DNA of 64,000 nucleotides from Pseudomonadota bacterium (GTDB lineage Bacteria; Pseudomonadota; Gammaproteobacteria; Xanthomonadales; Rhodanobacteraceae): NCBI GenBank assembly GCA_018240565.1, contig JAFEFO010000040.1, positions 37,000 to 100,999 of the forward strand, read 5' to 3'. Shown piece by piece: positions 45,601 to 54,388 of this stretch (position 1 is its first letter; each line of letters starts with the position of its first letter). The notes under the pieces were generated by a model. It saw only the letters and a program-made list of their open reading frames with translations, ran no database searches and was not told where the DNA came from. The position numbers and the translations under genes were made by a program.

Positions 45601-47032
45601 GCAGGCGGCGCAGCAGGTTCGCGGCCTTGCCGCGGCGCACCCGGCCGAGAATCATCAGGCGCATTTTTTCGCGCGTCGGCGGCGCGGCCAGCGGCAGTTT
45701 CGCCGAAGCCGGCCATGGCGCAATGCCATGCGGAATCACATGCTGCGGTAAAACGGACATCCGTGGTTGCAGCTTCAGCAGAATCGACAATGCAGCCTTG
45801 CTCGGCGCGATCAAGACCGCCTTCGCCGCAAGAACCGCGTCGGCCAAATGTTCGCGCAAGCTCAGCCACCAGTCCGGATCGCGCTCGGCGAATTCAAAGC
45901 CCGCATCCGCGCCTGCCATGTCGGCGCGCAATTGCACGGCATCGAAATGCAGGGCATCGTCGTCGAGATTGCGATGCAGCAGCGGCCACAACGGGTAGAA
46001 ATCGTGGATGAAGTACGTGGTCGGCAAGCCGGTGCGCAGCGCGTCGAGGCTGTGCCCGATCAAGGACGACACGACCACGGCATCGACGCGGAAATCTCGC
46101 AGCACGCCATCGAGGAAATCGCGGTAGCCGCGATGCGCGAGCGCCGTGCTCGCGATCGCATCGGGCAACACGCAATCGCGCCAAGGCGGCAATCCCAAGG
46201 TTGCATCGCGCAGTTCCAGCACTTCGCCATAGCGATGGCGATCAAAATTGCCGCGCGCCATGAAAACGAGGTGATGGCGATCGCGGTCGACCGCGGCGAT
46301 GTCGCGCACGAAGCGTTCCGCGCCGCCGCCCCAGCCGTGCAGGACGTGCAGCACGACCGGCTTTGCGTCCAGGCCCGGATACGCCGGTTCTTCCGCAGTA
46401 TTTTCCAGCGCCGCCGCGAGCGCCTCGCGCAATTCACCCAACGCCGAAGGCGGTGGGGCATCTGCATGCGGCGGCGTGACGCGCGGGCCGCGCAGTGCGT
46501 GCGTGCCAGCGGCGATGTAGACGTGATCCAGCAGCACGGCGTGCCACGGCGCGGCGGATGGCGGCAAGGTGCTTGAGTGGATTTTTTGCGGCGTGACGCC
46601 ACGCAGGGCGGCGCCGTTCCACACGCTCAGCAGTGGCGAAAACGTCGGCCAGTCGATAGCCTGGTGGCGCCCGTATGCCCAGCAAAGCGCATCGATGCGG
46701 CGCGGATCGGCGTCGCTGCGCATGCCGGCGGGCAATGGCGCGTTGGCGGGGTTGGTGTCATCCAGCGGCGAGGCGACGAGCACGTCCGGCAAATCCAGCG
46801 CCGGCACGATGCGTTCGAACCAGAACACTGGCAGCGTGGCGTCGCTGCGCACGAGCACGAGATCCTCGCCCGGGAAGCGCTCGGCCGCGCTGCGCAGCAC
46901 CGTGGCCGGATCGATTTCCGCAATCGCCTTGACCGGCGTACCTGCCGGGCAGGCGGCGGCGAGCGCACGCTGCCACTCCGGCGCCGGTGGTGCGCCGAAG
47001 ATGCACACGCGCACCGGACGGAAGTTGCCCAC
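42674..47032 (-). CDS. 1452-aa multidomain glycosyltransferase. Domain order, with approximate limits from my reading: about 200-aa N-terminal domain of unclear family, GT-B (GT4-like), coiled coil, GT-A (GT2), GT-B (GT4-like)
   Basis: The GT2 core is PRVSIVIPVHNK..VVDDASTD..NLGF....N.GA..A.G.YL.FLNNDT...GWL..L (about nt 44560-43800). The coiled coil is EIDALEKKITDQQRELEHR...LSWRITKPLR (about 45110-44750). The GT-B C-terminal signature is FVGGF.HPPN.DA..W......P and ..AP.R.GAG.KGK...AM..G.PVV.T. GTG start at 47032. Confidence 0.8.
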   Translation of the reverse strand: MGNFRPVRVCIFGAPPAPEWQRALAAACPAGTPVKAIAEIDPATVLRSAAERFPGEDLVLVRSDATLPVFWFERIVPALDLPDVLVASPLDDTNPANAPLPAGMRSDADPRRIDALCWAYGRHQAIDWPTFSPLLSVWNGAALRGVTPQKIHSSTLPPSAAPWHAVLLDHVYIAAGTHALRGPRVTPPHADAPPPSALGELREALAAALENTAEEPAYPGLDAKPVVLHVLHGWGGGAERFVRDIAAVDRDRHHLVFMARGNFDRHRYGEVLELRDATLGLPPWRDCVLPDAIASTALAHRGYRDFLDGVLRDFRVDAVVVSSLIGHSLDALRTGLPTTYFIHDFYPLWPLLHRNLDDDALHFDAVQLRADMAGADAGFEFAERDPDWWLSLREHLADAVLAAKAVLIAPSKAALSILLKLQPRMSVLPQHVIPHGIAPWPASAKLPLAAPPTREKMRLMILGRVRRGKAANLLRRLLPHLHGVELFLIGAGPEAREFFGQADVHILLNYRAAELPALLARVAPDAALILPDFAETFSYTLSELRSLGIPVLATRLGALSERITDGVDGFLVAPDPAAIAAAIASLRAEPARLARVRDALARHPLRTLADMAADYCKLLPLAPRSRATTPLAETGLDGIAAQQRAGLIGEAQREIDALEKKITDQQRELEHRAEWAFGLDAQLKRSGAAMRKLQGEFDERSAWALALDRDLQIANQEREALRSQRDELRDERERILRSLSWRITKPLRYVRRTLRALRTRLSYAFGRLRAIVHRTRGSLASRGVAGTIRRAADELRRTGTPPNARTIAAPTSAFSPFAVPSSATPRVSIVIPVHNKIDYTVACLRSLAAHPGTSTFETIVVDDASTDATSERLAQIDGIRVLRNAQNLGFVGSCNAGAAEARGEYLVFLNNDTVVDDGWLDALLRCFDEEPDCGLAGAKLVYPDGRLQEAGGIVFADGSGWNYGRFENPADPRFEFRREADYCSGAAIMIPRDLFRELGGFDSRYAPAYYEDTDLAFAVRASGKKVFYEPRAIVVHFEGITAGTDTGSGMKRFQAINRDKFLQKWKDELARQPAPIDNADAAEAAANFRARGHVLIVDAYTPTPDQDSGSLRMLNLMRLLREAGYAVSFLPDNRAHAGTYTQALQALGVQALYHPFVSDPVAWLREHGKTLNAVVLSRHYVAANYVGLVRLYAPQARLIFDTVDVHHLREARAAQLNGSAELAAQAARTRTQELKLMRECDVTLVVSATEQELLARELPGVRIEVLSNVHEIHGRRREFDERRDLVFVGGFQHPPNVDAVLWFVHDAFPRVRAALPDVVFHVIGSKAPKDILELAHDGVIVHGFVQDIAPFMDGCRLALAPLRYGAGVKGKINMAMSCGLPVVATTPAAEGMHARDGEDLLVADTPADFAAAIVRGYGDPALWTRLSDNGLANVRQHFSFDAAREALRRILD

Positions 47033-47047
47033 GAATGGCAGCCGATA

Positions 47048-47782
47048 TCAGTGGTGCATGCCCATGGCCGGCATTTCCGCTTCGCTGTAGCCGGCGGGAA
47101 TCTCGAAATCCGCGCGGTTGACCGCGGCGTGGCTGACGCCCTTGATCTGCGAGACATCGGCGATCTTGCCGTCTTCATAACGCGTCATGCGCACCGGGAA
47201 TTTGCCGGTCGGCAACTGGTTGATGCTCGATGACGCCATGCCCGCGGACGCGGTTTGCGCCATCGCCCGCAGGTCGTCGAAGACCTTGCGCACGGTCGCC
47301 TGGTCGGCGGCATCGATGCCGGCGGCGGACAGGTCCGCCAGGCACGCATCGCTGATGTGGTTTTCGCCGGCCTTGACCTGGAACATCGTGCAGGCATAGC
47401 CGGCGACGGTCGCCGCCTGGCCGGTCGATGCGTAGGTCACCGTGCCGCCACCGCTGCGCGCTGCCATGCGTTGTTTCATCATGTCGCGCATCTGCGGCGG
47501 CACGTTGGCGAGGATCGCGTTGAGCGACTGCGCCATCTTGCCCATGTCCATGTATTGCTTCTTGTCGTGCATCAGCATCAGGATGCGGCCGCTGTTGGCG
47601 TCCACCAGCACGCTGTTGCTGCCGGTATCCATGCGCATGTGGCCACCGCCGACCTCGATGCGCGTCAACGCAGCGCGACCGGTGCCCTGGACATCGGCAA
47701 AATCGGCGCTGAAGTCCGCCCAGGCCGGCGCCGCGAGGATGCAACCGAGGGTGGCAATGGCAAGGGCGAGTCTGGTTTGCAT
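47048..47782 (-). CDS. Exported DUF4412-like protein with Met-rich segments and a C-terminal MPAMGMHH tail
   Basis: Signal peptide MQTRLALAIATLGCILAAPAWA. Met-rich runs MLMHDKKQYMDMGKM and PPQMRDMMKQRM. It ends EAEMPAMGMHH*. Its stop lies 16 nt upstream of the glycosyltransferase GTG. Confidence 0.65.
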   Translation of the reverse strand: MQTRLALAIATLGCILAAPAWADFSADFADVQGTGRAALTRIEVGGGHMRMDTGSNSVLVDANSGRILMLMHDKKQYMDMGKMAQSLNAILANVPPQMRDMMKQRMAARSGGGTVTYASTGQAATVAGYACTMFQVKAGENHISDACLADLSAAGIDAADQATVRKVFDDLRAMAQTASAGMASSSINQLPTGKFPVRMTRYEDGKIADVSQIKGVSHAAVNRADFEIPAGYSEAEMPAMGMHH

Positions 47783-47835
47783 GGTCGTATTCCCGATCAG
47801 GACAGGGGCTGGAATTATCGCGGAAGCGGCCTGCC

Positions 47836-48417
47836 ATGTCATCGAATCGGGTAAACTTGGACCCGAATTTCGCAGGTTTTCCCGTCACTTTGCTTACCTA
47901 TCGTTTTTCCATCCGCTGGCCGGGTTTGATCGTTGTGGCGACAGGCGTGGCGCTGTCGGCGTGCTCGCAACCACCGCCAAAAGCACCGGCGCCGCCCGAT
48001 TCAGCCGGCGCGGTAGCCGCGATTCGCGCGCTCGGCGCGCACTATGAATCGAGCGTGCAGGTGCACGCCTTGCGTGATCCGGCCATCGACGGCTTCGTCG
48101 CAGCCGCGCATGCCCGTGAAAAACAGGGCGATTTCCATGCCGCGCAGGCCGACGTGGACAAGGCACTGAAAATCGCACCGCGCGCGCCGGATATCCTGCA
48201 ATACGCGGCGGAACTGGCCGTGGAAACCGGCGATTGGAAGCGCGCTGGCGCATTGGCGCAGCAGTCATGGGATCTCGGCCCCAAGGTCGGCGGACTGTGC
48301 GCGCGCAACCTGGAAACCCTCGCGCGGGCCCGCGTGGTGGATGGCGACGCGGCGGGCGCGGCGCAGGCGCGTGAAAAAATCGAAGCCTGCCGCGTGCCGC
48401 CGGTGACGAGGTTCTAG
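47836..48417 (+). CDS. TPR-like lipoprotein
   Basis: Lipobox GVALSAC. A helical Ala-rich repeat follows (KQGDFHAAQADVDKALKIAPRAPD..). The start codon is uncertain. The stop lies 1 nt before the yoaA GTG. Confidence 0.55.
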   Translation: MSSNRVNLDPNFAGFPVTLLTYRFSIRWPGLIVVATGVALSACSQPPPKAPAPPDSAGAVAAIRALGAHYESSVQVHALRDPAIDGFVAAAHAREKQGDFHAAQADVDKALKIAPRAPDILQYAAELAVETGDWKRAGALAQQSWDLGPKVGGLCARNLETLARARVVDGDAAGAAQAREKIEACRVPPVTRF

Positions 48418-48418
48418 C

Positions 48419-50344
48419 GTGCGCGCCGCGAGTGCGCGCGAGCTGCTCGGCGCGGATGGGCCGTTCGCGGCGCAAGTCCCGGGCTTCGTGCCGCGCGACT
48501 GCCAGCAGGACATGGCGGCCGCGGTCGAGGAAGCCATCGCCGAGCGCCAGGCGCTGGTGGTCGAAGCCGGCACCGGCACCGGGAAAACCTTCGCATATCT
48601 GGTGCCGGCGCTGATGTCCGGCAAGCGCGTGATCGTGTCCACCGGCACCAAGACCTTGCAGGACCAGTTGTTCCACCGCGACCTGCCGCGCGTGCGCGCC
48701 GTGCTCGGCGCGCGCCTGAAGACGAGCCTGCTCAAGGGCCGCGCGAACTACCTGTGCCTGCATCGCCTCGAACAGACGCTCAAGGACGGGCGCTTCGCCA
48801 CGCGCGAACACGCCGCGCAGGTGCATGCGATCCGCGCCTGGAGCGAACGCACGGCGAGCGGCGATCGCGGCGAATTTGCCGAGGTGCCGGAAGATTCGCC
48901 GCTGTGGCCGCGCGTGACCTCGACCGCGGAAAACTGCCTCGGCGCGGAATGCCCGCTGTACGCGGATTGTTTCGTGGTGCGCGCGCGCCGCGCCGCGCAG
49001 GAGGCCGATCTCGTCGTCGTCAATCACCACCTGCTGTTCGCGGACCTGTCGATCAAGCAGGAAGGCTTCGGTGAAATCCTGCCCGGCGCACATGCGTTCG
49101 TGCTCGACGAGGCGCACCAGGTCCCGGAACTGGCCGGTGTATTCTTTTCCACAAGTATAACCGCGCGGCAACTGACCGAGCTGGCCAGCGACACGCTCGC
49201 CGAATGCGCGAACGTGTCCGGTGCCTTGGCGAGCTTGCGCGAACCCTTCGAGGCGATCGCGCCGGCGGTCAAGCGCGTGCGTCTGGCCCTGGATGCACTG
49301 CCGGGCAAGGGCGCGTTCGCCGTGATCGAGGGCAACGCGAACGCAATGCAGGAATTGCACGCCCTGGAAGACGCCTTGCGCACGCTTGCGCAGGCACTCG
49401 GCGCGCAGGCCGAGCGCTCACGTGGGCTGGCCAGCGCGCACGAGCGTGCCGAGAACCTGTGCCAGCGGCTGCACACCGTGCTCGATGGCAGCGCACACGA
49501 TGCCGTGCACTGGTACGAAACATCGCCGCATGGATTCTCCCTGCATGCCACGCCGCTGGATCTGGCGCCGCCCTTGCGCGCCTTGCGCGAGCAATCACAG
49601 GCGAGCTGGATATTCACTTCGGCAACGCTCTCGGTCGCCGGCAGTTTCGAGCATTTCGCGCGGCAATTGGGGCTGGATGATCCCGTCGAGGCGATGTTGC
49701 CCAGTCCTTTCGACTACGAACATCAGGCGCTGGCGTATCTGCCGAAAGGGCTGCCCGATCCGAATGCGCCGGACTACACCGAACGCGTCATCGCCGCGGC
49801 GCGGCCGGTGATCGCTGCCGCGCGCGGACGTACCTTCTTGCTGTTCACCTCGCATCGCGCGCTGAAGAAAGCGGCGGAATTGCTTGACGACTTGCCGTAT
49901 CCGCTGTTCGTGCAAGGCAGCGCGCCGCGGCACCAGTTGCTTACCGATTTTCGCAACTGCGGCAATGGCGTGCTGCTCGGCGCGGCGAGTTTCTGGGAAG
50001 GCGTGGATGTCGCCGGCGAGGCATTGAGCTGCGTCATCATCGACAAACTGCCGTTCGCCGCGCCGGACGACCCGGTGCTCGATGCACGCCTGAACGCGTT
50101 GCGCGAGGCCGGCGGCAATCCGTTCTTCGAATGGCAGGTGCCGACGGCGGCGATCGCGTTGAAGCAGGGGGCCGGCCGCCTGATCCGCGACGCCGGCGAC
50201 CGCGGCGTGCTGGTGCTGTGCGATCCGCGCCTGACCACACGCGGCTACGGCAAACTGTTTTTGCAAAGCCTGCCGCCGATGCCGCGCACGCGCGAACTCG
50301 CCGACGTGCAGGCGTTTTTCGCGGATGCGACAATACCGGCATGA
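48419..50344 (+). CDS. yoaA: ATP-dependent DNA helicase YoaA (DinG/XPD family, Fe-S)
   Basis: Collinear, from memory, with E. coli YoaA: VVEAGTGTGKT, LLKGRANYLCLHRLEQ, ENCLGAECPLYADCFVV (Fe-S Cys), LDEAHQ, SWIFTSATLSV, SFWEGVDV, LKQGAGRLIRD..DRGVLVLCD. Confidence 0.9.
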   Translation: MRAASARELLGADGPFAAQVPGFVPRDCQQDMAAAVEEAIAERQALVVEAGTGTGKTFAYLVPALMSGKRVIVSTGTKTLQDQLFHRDLPRVRAVLGARLKTSLLKGRANYLCLHRLEQTLKDGRFATREHAAQVHAIRAWSERTASGDRGEFAEVPEDSPLWPRVTSTAENCLGAECPLYADCFVVRARRAAQEADLVVVNHHLLFADLSIKQEGFGEILPGAHAFVLDEAHQVPELAGVFFSTSITARQLTELASDTLAECANVSGALASLREPFEAIAPAVKRVRLALDALPGKGAFAVIEGNANAMQELHALEDALRTLAQALGAQAERSRGLASAHERAENLCQRLHTVLDGSAHDAVHWYETSPHGFSLHATPLDLAPPLRALREQSQASWIFTSATLSVAGSFEHFARQLGLDDPVEAMLPSPFDYEHQALAYLPKGLPDPNAPDYTERVIAAARPVIAAARGRTFLLFTSHRALKKAAELLDDLPYPLFVQGSAPRHQLLTDFRNCGNGVLLGAASFWEGVDVAGEALSCVIIDKLPFAAPDDPVLDARLNALREAGGNPFFEWQVPTAAIALKQGAGRLIRDAGDRGVLVLCDPRLTTRGYGKLFLQSLPPMPRTRELADVQAFFADATIPA

Positions 50345-51045
50345 ACCTGCTCGCCATCGAAACCGCCACGGAAGCCTGCTCGGCCGCTTTGAGCGTCGAT
50401 GGCCGCATCATCGAGCGCAGCCAGATCGCGCCGCGCCGGCATGCGGAACTGATTTTGCCGATGATCGAAGCGTTGCTGGCCGAGGCAGGCATTGGTCGCG
50501 CACAGATCGACGGCATCGCCGTGGGCCGCGGCCCCGGTGCGTTCACCGGCGTGCGATTGGCGATTTCCGTTGCGCAAGGGCTGGCATTGGCGCTGGACGT
50601 TCCCGTAGTCCCGGTGTCGTCACTCGCCGCGCTCGCGCAAGACGCGCCGCGATCGGATGCGGCAATACTTGCCGTCATCGACGCGCGCATGGGCGAGGTG
50701 TATGCCGGTGCGTTCCGGCGCGGTGCGGATGGCCTTGTCGAAGCGATGAACGAGGAAACCATCGGCAGGGCCGACGAGTTGATCTTGCCGCAAAATATAC
50801 AATGGAGCATCGTTGGCACGGGTTGGGATGCGTATCGCGATGCGCTCGCCGCGCGTCTACCCGCATCGCCCGTGTTCGCCGACGGACAACGCTATCCGCA
50901 AGCCCGCGCCGTAGCCGCGCTCGCCGCGCCACAATTCGCTGCCGGGCGTGGCGTGCCGCCCGAACAGGCGTTGCCCGTGTATCTGCGCGACAAGGTGGCG
51001 TTGACGCTGGAAGAGCAGCGTGCAAACCGGCCGATCTTTTCGTGA
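50341..51045 (+). CDS. tsaB: tRNA t6A37 biosynthesis protein TsaB
   Basis: MNLLAIETATEACSAAL..GPGAFTGVRLAISVAQGLA. There is an ATGA overlap with the yoaA stop. Confidence 0.9.
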   Translation: MNLLAIETATEACSAALSVDGRIIERSQIAPRRHAELILPMIEALLAEAGIGRAQIDGIAVGRGPGAFTGVRLAISVAQGLALALDVPVVPVSSLAALAQDAPRSDAAILAVIDARMGEVYAGAFRRGADGLVEAMNEETIGRADELILPQNIQWSIVGTGWDAYRDALAARLPASPVFADGQRYPQARAVAALAAPQFAAGRGVPPEQALPVYLRDKVALTLEEQRANRPIFS

Positions 51046-52796
51046 GACCGAATCTGAAATACGCAAGCCTGACGGCAGCCCTCATCGTCGCTTCGGCTTT
51101 CGTGGGTTATCAGTGTGGGTTGCGCACTGGCGCACAGCCGCCCTCCGCTGCTGTACAAGCGCAGCGTCCGAGTCCACCTGCCGTGGCTGCGTTGCAGCAG
51201 CACACGCGCTTGAGCCCGCCACTGGTGGGTGCCACCTACATGGGCGGCAACTGGTCAAAGAATTTCATCAACGGGTTCCGTCGTGAGAATGTCCCGGCGA
51301 ACTTTGCGCAGTTGCGCGAAGACGGCTTCAACGCGGTGGTGTTGCTGGTCTCGTGGGGGGATTTCCAGCCGGTGTTTGATCCGTGTTGCACCTATGACGA
51401 GCGTGCATTCGATCGGCTCGAATTCCTGATCGAGCAGGCGCGCGAAGCGGGACTGGATGTCGTTCTGCGCATTGGATACGGCTGGACGTTTCAGCCGGAC
51501 GCAGGCGAGGTCGGTGCGCGCATTCATCGCCTGCTGAACGACGACAAGGTTCGTGCAGCATTTTTCGCCTATGTGTCGCGCCTGGGCGAAGTCGAGCGCA
51601 GGCATGCAAACGTGCGCTTGGCATTCCTGTCTTGGGAAGACCTCATCCTGCACACCATCGACGGAGACGGACGCAAGGATTTTCGGCAGTTCATCGACAG
51701 CCTGCCTGCGGACGATCCATTGCGTGCATCTGCAGCAAGTACACCGGAACTGCCGCGACGGGACGGGCCGCGCGTGGCCTTGTTCAATGCGTACTGGGAC
51801 TGGCTGCTGATGCACAAGATTTTCGAGCCCAGTGCCAAACGCATTCCTCACCTGACCTTTGAGGCGCGCATCGATAGCGAACCTTCGCCGCATCCAGGCA
51901 CCAACGGCAAGGTCGAGTACGAATGGATCGGACATGAATCCACCTACCGCCCCCCCGGCGCAGACACCATCGCGCTGTATTGGGCGCCATTCTGGGGTGC
52001 GCAGAATCAGGGCGAGCAGCTCGATGCGAAACAATCACTGCAATTGTTTCGCGCGCTTCTGGACAAGGTTCGGGAGCACAGCGGCAGCCTGCCGATGTTC
52101 ATCGACCAACTCAACGTGATCGACAACACATTGGGTTTTGAGCGCAATGCCACGTTGCAAGCCGCTGCGCTGCCGGAATTCATGGACGGCGCATTTTGTG
52201 CGATGCGCAATACCGGTGTGTTCGGCTATGCGTATTGGACGACGCGGGATTATGCGGAAAGCCCGCTGTACAACCCGAGTTTCTCGTATGGCCTCGACGG
52301 ATGGCATCTTGCCGCCGCCGATGGCGCGCCGGCATTGCATCTGCTCCGGCAAGATTCCGGCGATTTCGACTTGCGACTGACGCCAGGCGACGTGCTGTCG
52401 CAAGCGATTGCTTCCAGTCGCGGACGCCTGCCCGGGATTGAGCCGAACTTGCCCGCGACAGTCTGCGTCACGGGCGACACCCATGCGCCGGCGGTGCTGG
52501 AAGCCAGCGTCGATGCAGCGCCGGTGCGACTGGATTTTTCCGCAACCGGCACTCAACGCGTATGTAGTCTGATCGCGACGCACGCAAGAGATAACGGCGT
52601 GCGACTTGCTCTACGCGGCGTGCGCGGCAGCGCGGACCTTCGCCACGTCGAATTGTTCGACCATGTCCAACTGGGCGGTCTGTATGCGCCCGACGGCAAA
52701 CCCGAGTCCCTGTTGCCGGAATTGCGCAAGCTGAATCAGCGATTCGCCGGTATGCCAGGAACCTATGACGGCTGCGACAAACGACGGTCGGACTAG
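51042..52796 (+). CDS. Membrane-anchored glycoside-hydrolase-like TIM-barrel protein with a C-terminal beta-sandwich region
   Basis: The GTG start overlaps the tsaB stop (GTGA). N-terminal TM segment ASLTAALIVASAFVGY. GH5/clan-A-like stretch LREDGFNAVVLLVSWGDFQP....YDERAFDRLEFLIEQAREAGLDVVLRIGYGW and LSWEDL. The functional call is tentative. Confidence 0.5.
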   Translation: MRPNLKYASLTAALIVASAFVGYQCGLRTGAQPPSAAVQAQRPSPPAVAALQQHTRLSPPLVGATYMGGNWSKNFINGFRRENVPANFAQLREDGFNAVVLLVSWGDFQPVFDPCCTYDERAFDRLEFLIEQAREAGLDVVLRIGYGWTFQPDAGEVGARIHRLLNDDKVRAAFFAYVSRLGEVERRHANVRLAFLSWEDLILHTIDGDGRKDFRQFIDSLPADDPLRASAASTPELPRRDGPRVALFNAYWDWLLMHKIFEPSAKRIPHLTFEARIDSEPSPHPGTNGKVEYEWIGHESTYRPPGADTIALYWAPFWGAQNQGEQLDAKQSLQLFRALLDKVREHSGSLPMFIDQLNVIDNTLGFERNATLQAAALPEFMDGAFCAMRNTGVFGYAYWTTRDYAESPLYNPSFSYGLDGWHLAAADGAPALHLLRQDSGDFDLRLTPGDVLSQAIASSRGRLPGIEPNLPATVCVTGDTHAPAVLEASVDAAPVRLDFSATGTQRVCSLIATHARDNGVRLALRGVRGSADLRHVELFDHVQLGGLYAPDGKPESLLPELRKLNQRFAGMPGTYDGCDKRRSD

Positions 52797-54388
52797 CCGC
52801 CTTCGATGGATCCATCGGCTGGTTTCCACCGCAGCGGACATAACTTCGGCGTTTCTTCGTCGCGAACCGGAAACAAGTTGGAACGCACGAACGCGCAGGG
52901 AGATACCAGTTCGAGACGATGACGCGCGAGAGCCGTACGAGCCGAGTCGGGATTGATCAGCAGTGCGTATAGCGGGCCGGTAGCGGCGGCCAATCGGTGC
53001 GCTGCTTCGCCATCTCTGCCAATAATCGGATACTGGGTCGGATCGCTGGCGATATGCACGAAGCTCGTCGTGAACGGAAAGCCGAGTGCGAGAAACGCAA
53101 GCGGCTCTCCCTCGGCGAGCACCACGGTAGCGCGATCGAGGCCGGGCGTTGGCGGCACGTCAATCCTCAGGAAATGTTTTTCGTATTGAGGCAGCCTGCC
53201 GGAATCCGATGGCTGCGTGGTCACGACAATCATGAGCAGCGAGCCAAATATCGCCAGGCGGTAGCGATGCGGTTCCAACGCGCCCAATATGAGCGCAACC
53301 AGCAACGGTGCGAGCATTTCCAGCGGCACGATGTACCGGTAGACAGAAAACACGCCGAGCCAGGCCCAATAGGCGATAACAAGGGCAAATGCCAGGCTGC
53401 GCACGCGATCGCGTGCGCCAGCATCCGCACCACCCCACCATAGCAACACTGGCAAGATCAGGAAGGCGAGCGGTACACGCAAGTCAAAAAAGGCCTGCTC
53501 GGAAACGCGTAGCGGCTGGAAAAGCCAGATCAGTGGATACAGCAGCCATTCCCACGGTGAGCGCGGCAGAAATCGCGCATCGCGCCCCAATGATGCCGCA
53601 TGCTCACCGCCGAACACGCTACTGAACATTGGGTGGAGCGGGTTGCCGAACTCGCGGTAGAGGTGCCACAACCAGAATCCATCGAAGGCAAGGAAACCGA
53701 GTGCGGCCATGGCGATCGCCATGGCCGGAACGCGCCATTGCTGCGGCCTGTTCCACGACGGTGCGATCACGGCAGCCAGCAGTCCCAGTGCGAACGGTGC
53801 GCAAGTGAGCTTGATGCCAACCGCGCCACCGACCAGCAATCCGGCCAGCGCCGCTCGCTGCATGGTCAGGTTTGTGCGTGCAAACGTGATTGCAAAGGCG
53901 GACAGGACCGGCAAGCTGACGAGCGTGTCGCCGAAGCTCGCGCCGAGCTGCGCCAACTGCGCCGCGCCGAGGGTGCCGGCCAAAGCTATGCATGACGCGA
54001 ACCAGAATCGACCTTTGGACAGTGCGGCAGGCAGCAAAGCACGGGCGAGAAAATACAATGGCACTAGGTTCAGACTCTGCAGCGCCCCGAGCAGGAATGC
54101 GCTTGCCCGCGGTGGAGTATTGGTATAAATCAGGTAGAAGAACGTCGACAGCAGAGGATTGAAGTAACTCTGCATTTGCGCGGCGGCGTAGTCGCGCACG
54201 CCGCGCCCGGTCCAGAATGCCCAACCGTCGTAGAGATGATAGTTGCGCAGGTCGAAGGTATCAGACTGGCCGAGTTCGATCGCGATTGTGCCGAACCCTA
54301 TGGCGAGCAGGCCGAACAGCAGAACCCACATAGGGCGTGGAACCGATTCCTCGGAAAGCCACGAACCGTTGCGAACAAGAGCTCGCAT
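52793..54388 (-). CDS. Polytopic GT-C-fold membrane glycosyltransferase (GT87/DUF2029- or ArnT-like)
   Basis: 531 aa with at least 10 TM segments. The first periplasmic loop is SDTFDLRNYHLYDGWAFW (acidic/aromatic motif, as in GT-C enzymes). There is an ATGA overlap with the GT2 gene stop. Confidence 0.6.
   Translation of the reverse strand: MRALVRNGSWLSEESVPRPMWVLLFGLLAIGFGTIAIELGQSDTFDLRNYHLYDGWAFWTGRGVRDYAAAQMQSYFNPLLSTFFYLIYTNTPPRASAFLLGALQSLNLVPLYFLARALLPAALSKGRFWFASCIALAGTLGAAQLAQLGASFGDTLVSLPVLSAFAITFARTNLTMQRAALAGLLVGGAVGIKLTCAPFALGLLAAVIAPSWNRPQQWRVPAMAIAMAALGFLAFDGFWLWHLYREFGNPLHPMFSSVFGGEHAASLGRDARFLPRSPWEWLLYPLIWLFQPLRVSEQAFFDLRVPLAFLILPVLLWWGGADAGARDRVRSLAFALVIAYWAWLGVFSVYRYIVPLEMLAPLLVALILGALEPHRYRLAIFGSLLMIVVTTQPSDSGRLPQYEKHFLRIDVPPTPGLDRATVVLAEGEPLAFLALGFPFTTSFVHIASDPTQYPIIGRDGEAAHRLAAATGPLYALLINPDSARTALARHRLELVSPCAFVRSNLFPVRDEETPKLCPLRWKPADGSIEGG

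Noticed and set aside
50325..51041. An upstream extension of the GH-like ORF (823 aa) across tsaB
   Set aside because: It overlaps tsaB in another frame and is Arg-rich. A TM anchor follows GTG 51042 directly, and the GTGA overlap with the tsaB stop is typical.
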